Part shown: in pieces, positions 41,001-52,613 of the stretch | How positions within the stretch are numbered: the first letter of the stretch is position 1 | Layout of the letters: the number at the start of each line of letters is the position of its first letter | Origin: Balanoglossus misakiensis | Taxonomy: Eukaryota; Animalia; Hemichordata | Direction of reading: 5' to 3' | DNA: 64,000 bases | NCBI GenBank assembly: GCA_040954595.2 | Contig: CM082584.2 | Location: 1,891,344 to 1,955,343 of the forward strand | Notes under the pieces: generated by a model | Seen by the model: only the letters and a program-made list of their open reading frames with translations | Database searches by the model: none | Told to the model about the DNA's origin: nothing | Made by a program: the position numbers and the translations under genes

Positions 41001-44000
41001 TTGCTACGCCCTTTACCCTGATGCAAAGAATCAGATTCAATGTCATCGTTGCATTAGCAATGTCAAAGTACAGTGCTTTTGGACACGTATTAACCCAGGG
41101 ATTTATCATCAACTTGAAATCCCCATATGCATTTAATACCCTTGTCAAAGTGAAGTGATTGCATCACTATCTACCCTGATGCATCATCAACCTTGCTTCG
41201 CCATTTACCCTGATGCAAAGAATCAGACTCAATGTCATCGTTGCATTAGCAATGTCAAATTAGAGTGCTTTTGGCCACGTATTAACCTATGGATTTACAT
41301 TTAACATTAAATACCCATGTGAAAGTGCAGAGTTTGCATCACCATCTACTCTGATGCATCATTGAGCTTGCTTCGCCATTTGCCCTAATGCAAAGAATCC
41401 CATTCAATGTCACCATTGCATATGCAATGTCAAAGTACAGTGCTTTCCGCCATGTATTAACCCAGGGATTTACAGACAACTTTAAATCCCCCTGTAGGCA
41501 TTTTATACCCATGTCAAAGTGCAGAGCTTGCATCACTATCTACCCTGATGCATCATCAACCTTGCTTCGCCATTTACCCTGATGCAAAGAATCAGATTCA
41601 ATGTCATCGTTGCATTAGCAATGTCAAAGTACAGTGCTTTTGGACACGTATTAACCCAGGGATTTACAGACAACTTTAAATCCCCCTGTAGGCATTTTAT
41701 ACCCATGTCAAAGTGAAGTGTTTGCATCACTATCTACCCTGATGCATCATAAAGCTTGCTACGCCATTTACCCTGATGCAAAGAATCAGATTCAATGTCA
41801 TCATTGCATTAGCAATGTCAAAGTACAGTGCTTTTCGACACGTATTAACCCACAGATTTTTCAACAACCTGAAATCCCCATATGCATTTAATACCGATGT
41901 CAAAGTGAAGTGTTTGCATCACTATCTACCCTGATGCATCATAAAGCTTGCTACGCCATTTACCCTGATGCAAAGAATCAGATTCAATGTCATCGTTACA
42001 TTAGCAATGTCAAAGTACAGTGCTTTTGGACACGTATTAACCCAGGGATTTATCATCAACTTGAAATCCCCATATGCATTTAATACCCATGTCAAAGTGA
42101 AGTGATTGCATCACTATCTATCCTGATGCATCATCAACCTTGCTTCGCCATTTGGCCTGATGCAAAGAATCAGATTCAATGTCATCGTTCCATTAGCAAT
42201 GTCAAATTAGAGTGCTTTTGGCACGTATTAACCTATGGATTTACATTTAACATTAAATACCCATGTGAAAGTGCAGAGTTTGCATCACCATCTACTCTGA
42301 TGCATCATTGAGCTTGCTTCGCCATGCAATGTCAAAGTACAGTGCTTTCCGCCACGTATTAACCCAGGGATTTACAGACAACTTTAAATCCCCCTGTAGG
42401 CATTTTAAACCCATGTCAAAGTGCAGAGCTTGCATCACTATCTACCCTGATGCATAATCAACATTGCTTCGCCATTTACCCTGATGCAAAGAATCAGATT
42501 CAATGTCATCGTTGCATTAGCAATGTCAAAGTACAGTGCTTTTGGACACGTATTAACCCAGGGATTTACAGACAACTTTAAATCCCCCTGTAGGCATTTT
42601 ATACCCATGTCAAAGTGAAGTGTTTGCAACACTATCTACCCTGATGCATCATAAAGCTTGCTACGCCATTTACCCTGATGCAAAGAATCATATTCAATGT
42701 CATCATTGCATTAGCAATGTCAAAGTACAGTGCTTTTCGACACGTATTAACCCACAGATTTTTCAACAACCTGAAATCCCCATATGCATTTAATACCCAT
42801 GTCAAAGTGAAGTGTTTGCATCACTATCTACCCTGATGCATCATAAAGCTTGCTACGCCATTTACCCTGATGCAAAGAATCAGATTCAATGTCATCATTG
42901 CATTAGCAATGTCAAAGTACAGTGCTTTTCGACACGTATTAACCCACAGATTTTTCAACAACCTGAAATCCCCATATGCATTTAATACCCATGTCAAAGT
43001 GAAGTGTTTGCATCACTATCTACCCTGATGCATCATAAAGCTTGCTACGCCATTTACCCTGATGCAAAGAATCATATTCAATGTCATCGTTACATTAGCA
43101 ATGTCAAAGTACAGTGCTTTTGGACACGTATTAACCCAGGGATTTATCATCAACTTGAAATCCCCATATGCATTTAATACCCATGTGAAAGTGCAGAGTT
43201 TGCATCACTATCTACTCTGATGCATCATTGAGCTTGCTTCGCCATTTGCCCTAATGCAAAGAATCCCATTCAATGTCACCATTGCATATGCAATGTCAAA
43301 GTACAGTGCTTTCCGCCACGTATTAACCCAGGGATTTACAGACAACTTTAAATCCCCCTGTAGGCATTTTATACCCATGTCAAAGTGCAGAGCTTGCATC
43401 ACTATCTACCCTGATGCATCATAAAGCTTGCTACGCCATTTACCCTGATGCAAAGAATCAGATTCAATGTCATCGTTACATTAGCAATGTCAAAGTACAG
43501 TGCTTTTGGACACGTATTAACCCAGGGATTTATCATCAACTTGAAATCCCCATATGCATTTAATACCCATGTCAAATTGAAGTGATTGCATCACTATCTA
43601 CCCTGATGCATCATCAACCTTGCTTCGCCATTTGCCCTGATGCAAAGAATCAGATTCAATGTCATCGTTGCATTAGCAATGTCAAATTAGAGTGCTTTTG
43701 GCCACGTATTAACTTATGGATTTACATTTAACATTAAATACCCATGTGAAAGTGCAGAGTTTGCATCACCATCTACTCTGATGCATCATTGAGCTTGCTT
43801 CGCCATTTGCCCTAATGCAAAGAATCCCATTCAATGTCACCATTGCATATGCAATGTCCAAGTACAGTGCTTTCCGCCACGTATTAACCCAGGGATTTAC
43901 AGACAACTTTAAATCCCCCAGTAGGCATTTTATACCCATGTCAAAGTGCAGAGCTTGCATCACTATCTACCCTGATGCATCATCGGCCTTGCTTCGCCAT

Positions 44001-47000
44001 TTACCCTGATGCAAAGAATCAGATTCAATGTCATCGTTGCATTAGCAATGTCAAAGTACAGTGCTTTTGGACACGTATTAACCCAGGGATTTACAGGCAA
44101 CTTTAAATCCCCCTGTAGGCATTTTACACCCATGTCAAAGTGAAGTGTTTGCATCACTATCTACCCTGATGCATCATAAAGCTTGCTACGCCATTTACCC
44201 TGATGCAAAGAATCAGATTCAATGTCATCATTGCATTAGCAATGTCAAAGTACAGTGCTTTTCGACACGTATTAACCCACAGATTTTTCAACAACCTGAA
44301 ATCCCCATATGCATTTAATACCCATGTCAAAGTGAAGTGTTTGCATCACTATCTACCCTGATGCATCATAAAGCTTGCTACGCCATTTACCCTGATGCAA
44401 AGAATCATATTCAATGTCATCGTTACATTAGCAATGTCAAAGTACAGTGCTTTTGGACACGTATTAACCCAGGGATTTATCATCAACTTGAAATCCCCAT
44501 ATGCATTTAATACCCATGTCAAAGTGAAGTGATTGCATCACTATCTACCCTGATGCATCATCAACCTTGCTTCGCCATTTGCCCTGATGCAAAGAATCAG
44601 ATTCAATGTCATCGTTCCATTAGCAATGTCAAATTAGAGTGCTTTTGGCCACGTATTAACCTATGGATTTACATTTAACATTAAATACCCATGTGAAAGT
44701 GCAGAGTTTGCATCACCATCTACTCTGATGCATCATTGAGCTTGCTTCGCCATTTGCCCTAATGCAAAGAATCCCATTCAATGTCACCATTGCATATGCA
44801 ATGTCAAAGTACAGTGCTTTCCGCCACGTATTAACCCAGGGATTTACAGACAACTTTAAATCCCCCTGTAGGCATTTTATACCCATGTCAAAGTGCAGAG
44901 CTTGCATCACTATCTACCCTGATGCATAATCAACCTTGCTTCGCCATTTACCCTGATGCAAAGAATCAGATTCAATGTCATCGTTGCATTAGCAATGTCA
45001 AAGTACAGTGCTTTTGGACACGTATTAACCCAGGGATTTACAGACAACTTTAAATCCCCCTGTAGGCATTTTATACCCATGTCAAAGTGAAGTGTTTGCA
45101 ACACTATCTACCCTGATGCATCATAAAGCTTGCTACGCCATTTACCCTGATGCAAAGAATCAGATTAAATGTCATCATTGCATTAGCAATGTCAAAGTAC
45201 AGTGCTTTTCGACACGTATTAACCCACAGATTTTTCAACAACCTGAAATCCCCATATGCATTTAATACCCATGTCAAAGTGAAGTGTTTGCATCACTATC
45301 TACCCTGATGCATCATAAAGCTTGCTACGCCATTTACCCTGATGCAAAGAATCAGATTCAATGTCATCGTTACATTAGCAATGTCAAAGTACAGTGCTTT
45401 TGGACACGTATTAACCCAGGGATTTATCATCAACTTGAAATCCCCATATGCATTTAATACCAATGTCAAAGTGAAGTGATTGCATCACTATCTACCCTGA
45501 TGCATCATCAACCTTGCTTCGCCATTTGCCCTGAAGCAAAGAATCAGATTCAATGTCATCGTTCCATTAGCAATGTCACATTAGAGTGCTTTTGGCCACG
45601 TATTAACCTATGGATTTACATTTAACATTAAATACCCATGTGAAAGTGCAGAGTTTGCATCACCATCTACTCTGATGCATCATTGAGCTTGCTTCGCCAT
45701 TTGCCCTAATGCAAAGAATCCCATTCAATGTCACCATTGCATATGCAATGTCAAAGTACAGTGCTTTCAGCCACGTATTAACCCAGGGATTTACAGATAA
45801 CTTTAAATCCCCCTGTAGGCATTTTATACCCATGTCAAAGTGAAGTGTTTGCATCACTATCTACCCTGATGCGTCATAAAGCTTGCTACGCCATTTACCC
45901 TGATGCAAAGAATCAGATTCAATGTCATCGTTGCATTAGCAATGTCAAAGTACAGTGCTTTTGGACACGTATTAACCCACAGATTTTTCAACAACCTGAA
46001 ATCCCCATATTCATTTAATACCCATGTCAAAGTGAAGTGATTGCATCACTATCTACCCTGATGCATCATCAACCTTGCTTCGCCATTTGCCCAGATGCAA
46101 AGAATCAGATTCAATGTCATCGTTGCGTTAGCAATGTCAAATTAGAGTGCTTTTGGCCACGTATTAACCTATGGATTTACATTTAACATTAAATACCCAT
46201 GTGAAAGTGCAGAGTTTGCATCACCGTCTACTCTGATGCATCATTGAGCTTGCTTCGCCATTTGCCCTAATGCAAAGAATCCCATTCAATGTCACCATTG
46301 CATATGCAATGTCAAAGTACAGTGCTTTCAGCCACGTATTAACCCAGGGATTTACAGACAACTTTATATCCCCCTGTAGGTATTTTATACACATGTCAAA
46401 GTGCAGAGCTTGCATCACTATCTACCCTGATGCATCATCAACCTTGCTTCCCCATTTACCCTGATGCAAAGAATCAGATTCAATGTCATCGCTGCATTAG
46501 CAATGTCAAAGTACAGTGTTTTTGGACACGTATTAACCCAGGGATTTACAGACAACTTTAAATCCCCCTGTAGGCATTTTATACCCATGTCAAAGTGAAG
46601 TGTTTGCATCACTATCTACCCTGATGCGTCATAAAGCTTGCTACGCCATTTACCCTGATGCAAAGAATCAGATTCAATGTCATCGTTGCATTAGCAATGT
46701 CAAAGTACAGTGCTTTTGGACACGTATTAACCCACAGATTTTTCAACAACCTGAAATCCCCATATGCATTTAATACCCATGACAAAGTGAAGTGTTTGCA
46801 TCACTATCTGCCCTGATGCATCATAAAGCTTGCTACGCCATTTACCCTGATGCAAAGAATCAGATTCAATGTCATCGTTGCATTAGCAATGTCAAAGTAC
46901 AGTGCTTTTGGACACGTATTAACCCAGGGATTTATCATCAACTTGAAATCCCCATATGCATTTAATACCAATGTCAAAGTGAAGTGATTGCATAACTATC

Positions 47001-50000
47001 TACCGTGATGCATCATCAACCTTGCTTCGCCATTTGCCCTGATGCAAAGAATCAGATTCAATGTCATCGTTCCATTAGCAATGTCAAATTAGAGTGCTTT
47101 TGGCCACGTATTAACCTATGGATTTACATTTAACATTAAATACCCATGTGAAAGTGCACAGTTTGCATCACCATCTACTCTGATGCATCATTGAGCTTGC
47201 TTCGCCATTTGCCCTAATGCAAAGAATCCCATTCAATGTCACCATTGCATATGCAATGTCAAAGTACAGTGCTATCCGCCACGTATTAACCCAGGGATTT
47301 ACAGACAACTTTAAATCCCCCTGTAGGCATTTTATACCCATGTCAAAGTGCAGAGCTTGCATCACTATCTACCCTGATGCATCATCAACCTTGCTTCGCC
47401 ATTTACCCTGATGCAAAGAATCAGATTCAATGTCATCGTTGCATTAGCAATGTCAAAGTACGGTGCTTTTGGACACGTATTAACCCAGGGATTTACAGAC
47501 AACTTTAAATTCCCCTGTAGGCATTTTATATCCATGTCAAAGTGAAGTGTTTGCATCACTATCTACCCTGATGCATCATAAAGCTTGCTACGCCATTTAC
47601 CCTGATGCAAAGAATCAGATTCAATGTCATCGTTGCATTAGCAATGTCAAAGTACAGTGCTTTTGGACACGTATTAACCCAGGGATTTATCATCAACTTG
47701 AAATCCCCATATGCATTTAATACCAATGTCAAAGTGAAGTGATTGCATAACTATCTACCCTGATGCATCATCAACCTTGCTTCGCCATTTGCCCTGATGC
47801 AAAGAATCAGATTCAATGTCATCGTTCCATTAGCAATGTCAAATTAGAGTGCTTTTGGCCACGTATTAACCTATGGATTTACATTTAACATTAAATACCC
47901 ATGTGAAAGTGCACAGTTTGCATCACCATCTACTCTGATGCATCATTGAGCTTGCTTCGCCATTTGCCCTAATGCAAAGAATCCCATTCAATGTCACCAT
48001 TGCATATGCAATGTCAAAGTACAGTGCTATCCGCCACGTATTAACCCAGGGATTTACAGACAACTTTAAATCCCCCTGTAGGCATTTTATGCCCATGTCA
48101 AAGTGCAGAGCTTGCATCACTATCTACCCTGATGCATCATCAACCTTGCTTCGCCATTTACCCTGATGCAAAGAATCAGATTAAATGTCATCGTTGCATT
48201 AGCAATGTCAAAGTACGGTGCTTTTGGACACGTATTAACCCAGGGATTTACAGACAACTTTAAATTCCCCTGTAGGCATTTTATACCCATGTCAAAGTGA
48301 AGTGTTTGCATCACTATCTACCCTGATGCATCATAAAGCTTGCTACGCCATTTACCCTGATGCAAAGAATCAGATTCAATGTCATCATTGCATTAGCAAT
48401 GTCAAAGTACAGTGCTTTTCCACACGTATTAACCCACAGATTTTTCAACAACCTGAAATCCCCATATGCATTTAATACCCATGTCAAAGTGAAGTGTTTG
48501 CATCACTATCTACCCTGATGCATCATAAAGCTTGCTACGCCATTTACCCTGATGCAAAGAATCAGATTCAATGTCATCATTTCATTAGCAATGTCAAAGT
48601 ACAGTGCTTTTGGACACGTATTAACCCACAGATTTTTCAACAACCTGAAATCCCCATATGCATTTAATACCCATGTTAAAGTGAAGTGATTGCATCACTA
48701 TCTACCCTGATGCATCATCAACCTTGCTTCGCCATTTGTCCTGATGCAAAGAATCAGATTCAATGTCATCGTTCCATTAGTAATGTCAAATTAGAGTGCT
48801 TTTGGCCATGTATTAACCTATGGATTTACATTTAACATTAAATACCCATGTGAAAGTGCACAGTTTGCATCACCATCTACTCTGATGCATCATTGAGCTT
48901 GCTTCACCATTTGCCCTAATGCAAATAATCCCATTCAATGTCACCATTGCATATGCAATGTCAAAGTACAGTGCTATCCGCCACGTATTAACCCAGGGAT
49001 TTACAGACAACTTTAAATCCCCCTGTAGGCATTTTATACCCATGTCAAAGTGCAGAGCTTGCATCACTATCTACCCTGATGCATTATCAACCTTGCTTCG
49101 CCATTTACCCTGATGCAAAGAATCAGATTCAATGTCATCGTTGCATTAGCAATGTCAAAGTACAGTGCTTTTGGACACGTATTAACCCAGGGATTTACAG
49201 ACAACTTTAAATCCCCCTGTAGGCATTTTATACCCATGTCAAAGTGAAGTGTTTGCATCACTATCTACCCTGATGCATCATAAACCTTGCTACGCCATTT
49301 ACCCTGATGCAAAGAATCAGATTCAATGTCATCATTGCATTAGCAATGTCAAAGTACAGTGCTTTTCGACACATATTAACCCACAGATTTTTCAACAACC
49401 TGAATTCCCCATATGCATTTAATACCCATGTCAAAGTGAAGTGTTTGCATCACTATCTACCCTGATGCATCATAAAGCTTGCTACGCCATTTACCCTGAT
49501 GCAAAGAATCATATTCAATGTCATCATTGCATTAGCAATGTCAAAGTACAGTGCTTTTCGACACGTATTAACCCACAGATTTTTCAACAACCTGAAATCC
49601 CCATATGCATTTAATACCCATGTTAAAGTGAAGTGATTGCATCACTATCTACCCTGATGCATCATCAACCTTGCTTCGCCATTTGTCCTGATGCAAAGAA
49701 TCAGATTCAATGTCATCGTTCCATTAGCAATGTCAAATTAGAGTGCTTTTGGCCACGTATTAACCTATGGATTTACATTTAACATTAAATACCCATGTGA
49801 AAGTGCACAGTTTGCATCACCATCTACTCTGATGCATCATTGAGCTTGCTTCGCCATTTGCCCTAATGCAAAGAATCCCATTCAATGTCACCATTGCATA
49901 TGCAATGTCAAAGTACAGTGCTATCCGCCACGTATTAACCCAGGGATTTACAGACAACTTTAAATCCCCCTGTAGGCATTTTATACCCATGTCAAAGTGC

Positions 50001-50594
50001 AGAGCTTGCATCACTATCTACCCTGATGCATCATCAACCTTGCTTCGCCATTTACCCTGATGCAAAGAATCAGATTCAATGTCATCGTTGCATTAGCAAT
50101 GTCAAAGTACAGTGCTTTTGGACACGTATTAACCCAGGGATTTACAGACAACTTTAAATCCCCCTGTAGGCATTTTATACCCATGTCAAAGTGAAGTGTT
50201 TGCATCACTATCTACCCTGATGCATCATAAACCTTGCTACGCCATTTACCCTGATGCAAAGAATCAGATTCAATGTCATCATTGCATTAGCAATGTCAAA
50301 GTACAGTGCTTTTCGACACATATTAACCCACAGATTTTTCAACAACCTGAATTCCCCATATGCATTTAATACTCATGTCAAAGTGAAGTGTTTGCATCAC
50401 TATCTACCCTGATGCATCATAAAGCTTGCTACGCCATTTACCCTGATGCAAAGAATCATATTCAATGTCATCGTTACATTAGCAATGTCAAAGTACATTG
50501 CTTTTGGACACGTATTAACCCAGGGATTTATCATCAACTTGAAATCCCCATATGCATTTAATACCCATGTCAAAGTGAAGTGATTGCATCACTA
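38025..50594. repeat. Satellite DNA array (middle part)
   Basis: Same monomer family and orientation; mostly 947-bp 5-mers with variants. Confidence 0.98.
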
Positions 50595-50607
50595 CCCTTA
50601 CCAAAAT

Positions 50608-50901
50608 CGGGTGCACCCGAAAGGCACCCGAAAGAACACACCCCGGGTGCACCTTAGGTGGCACCCTAAACACACCCCTCAGAACACACCCGAAACCACC
50701 TTAAATTGGTCACTTTAGGTGTGTTTCGGGTGTACAAAACAGGTGCATTATAGGTGCACCCAAAAGGCACCCGAAATAGAGCACACCCGAGGTGCACCTT
50801 AGGTGGCACCCGAAACACAGTATTATATGGTATGGATGCACCCGAAACGCACCCGGAACAACATACTCCGGGTGCACTTTAGGTGGCACCTAAAACACAC
50901 C
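50608..50901. repeat. Left subterminal repeats (GGTGCACC / GGCACCCGAAA / AAACACACC motifs)
   Basis: Three copies of a ~65-bp unit ending GGTGCAC(C/T)TTAGGTGGCACC..AAACACA (~50610, ~50753, ~50837), plus single motifs. Confidence 0.85.
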
Positions 50902-50946
50902 TGATATTATGGATGTATTATGCAGTTGCTGCAGTGGCTCATACAT

Positions 50947-50968
50947 ACACACACACACACACACACAC
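50947..50968. repeat. (AC)11 microsatellite
   Basis: Read directly from the sequence. Confidence 0.95.
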
Positions 50969-52025
50969 AATGTGAAAAAAACAGCCAATACAATTATTGT
51001 TCAATAAAACTAAAAGTTAATATATTGCTAATTGTAAACTTAATAAAGTTCTTTTGTACAGTACAGTAAAAATAAAATGAAGGATGAAATGATATAGCTA
51101 CATAGTACAGTTCGACTAGCTATGTACAAACACTTGTAATCTACACTAAGTTCGATGGAAATGTGGTCACCGCGATCAGAATACAGTCAGTGGTTTCACA
51201 GCAATAATAAAGTTATCCGAGGCATGCTGCTTCACATTTCTGTCCGGGAACGATATTATGCAACGTACATGCAATGTCCACGCCATTTTGAATGAACCAT
51301 TCTCTCGTCCATGCATCATCGTCCTTAAATGGCGATCGAGATTTCTTGTAATGAGTACGGTCAAATCAACAGCTATCAATGGACACACCACAGGAGTAGG
51401 TGTTCGTTCAAAACGCCTTTGGTACTTACGATCGTCCGAGTCATATGAAAACGCGATGTGTTTGAATGCGACTGTTTACTGACATCGAGAATGGCGGCCA
51501 CATTGTTATGACCGTGTCGACCGATGCGCGTGATGAACGTACGTGACTGACCTCCCTTGTCATGATCTTACGTGTTTTGATATCCGCACGTCATCTCTGA
51601 CGCCTAAAGTAGTCGGAACAACGAAACGATTTCACAAATTTTGCTAAAACTGCGTCGAAATGGCTTTCCGACATTGACTTCCGTGTCTACGATGTGGACT
51701 TGCCAGTATGACTGTTCAATGACGTTATTATGAATGGACCAATCCGGTTACGTATGTTAATGACGTCCCGGGTCAAAAGTCAAGTATTGTACTTCGGCCA
51801 GTACAACTTGCAAGGGTTGTATATTATGGTGAATAAATCGTGGAAAACTTTTATTAAAATCGTGATCTCCAAAATAAAGAGACAGAACTTGATTTTGTGC
51901 GATATTCCAGTACATATAAATGGAAAAAAAAAGTTTTTTATTCCTTGGAGCTGTTAATTATTTAATAAAATATATTCAGAAATTTTCCAACTTCAACAGA
52001 TGATATAATTTTTCATCAACTAACT

Positions 52026-52379
52026 GATGTGAAAAAGTTGCAAAGTGTAAAGCGGGTGTGTTTTGGGTGCCTTCTCGATGTGAAAAAGTTGCAAAGTCGA
52101 AAGCAGGTGTGTTTTGGGTGCCTTCTCGATGTGAAAAAGTTGCAAAGTCGTAAGCGGGTGTGTTTTGGGTGCCTCCTCGATGTGAAAAAGTTGCAAAGTC
52201 GAAAGCAGGTGTGTTTTGGGTGCCTTCTCGATGTGAAAAAGTTGCAAAGTCGTAAGCGGGTGTGTTTTGGGTGCCTTCCCTATGTGAAAAAGTTGCAAAG
52301 TCGAAAGCGGGTGTGTTTTGGGTGCCTTCCCGATGTGAAAAAGTTGCAAAGTCTAAAGCAGGTGTGTTTTGGGTGCCTT
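52026..52379. repeat. 51-bp minisatellite, ~7 copies, inside the DNA transposon
   Basis: GATGTGAAAAAGTTGCAAAGTCG(A/T)AAGC(A/G)GGTGTGTTTTGGGTGCCTTCTC starting at 52026, 52077, 52128, 52179, 52230, 52281 and 52332. Confidence 0.95.
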
Positions 52380-52402
52380 AACGGCCAGTGCTGATATCAG
52401 AA

Positions 52403-52592
52403 GGTGTATTTCGGGTGCACCCGTAAGACACCTATTCAGTTTATGTTGTAGGGGTGGATTTCGGGTGGGTTAGACCACCCACCCAAAACCCACCTCATCT
52501 TACAGTGGTGTGTTTTAGGTAGGTTACGGGTGGGTCTAAGTGCAATTGGTGTGTTTTGGGTGTATTTTAGGTGCACCCAAGGTGCACCCGAG
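52403..52592. repeat. Right subterminal repeats (reverse orientation to the left set)
   Basis: GGTGTATTTCGGGTGCACCCG, GGTGTGTTTTAGGT, GGTGTGTTTTGGGTG and TTTTAGGTGCACCCAAGGTGCACCCG. Confidence 0.8.
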
Positions 52593-52613
52593 CACTCAGA
52601 AATTTGGTAAGGG

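Larger units (their letters stand above)
50595..52613. mobile_element. Non-autonomous TIR DNA transposon, 2019 bp, probably CMC/EnSpm (CACTA-like) superfamily
   Basis: 11-bp perfect TIRs CCCTTACCAAA (50595-50605) and TTTGGTAAGGG (52603-52613). TA is duplicated (50593-94, 52614-15) relative to the monomer GCATCAC-TA-TCTACCCTG. Dense subterminal repeats occur at both ends and no transposase ORF is present. The superfamily is inferred from the CCC terminus, 2-bp TSD and subterminal repeats. Confidence 0.85.

Noticed and set aside
52020-52394. Repetitive 109-aa and 121-aa ORFs with CxxC-like 17-aa repeats
   Set aside because: These result from a 51-bp (multiple of 3) minisatellite being open on both strands. 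There is no evidence of coding.
50595-52613. piggyBac assignment based on CCC termini
   Set aside because: piggyBac duplicates TTAA, but only TA is duplicated here.
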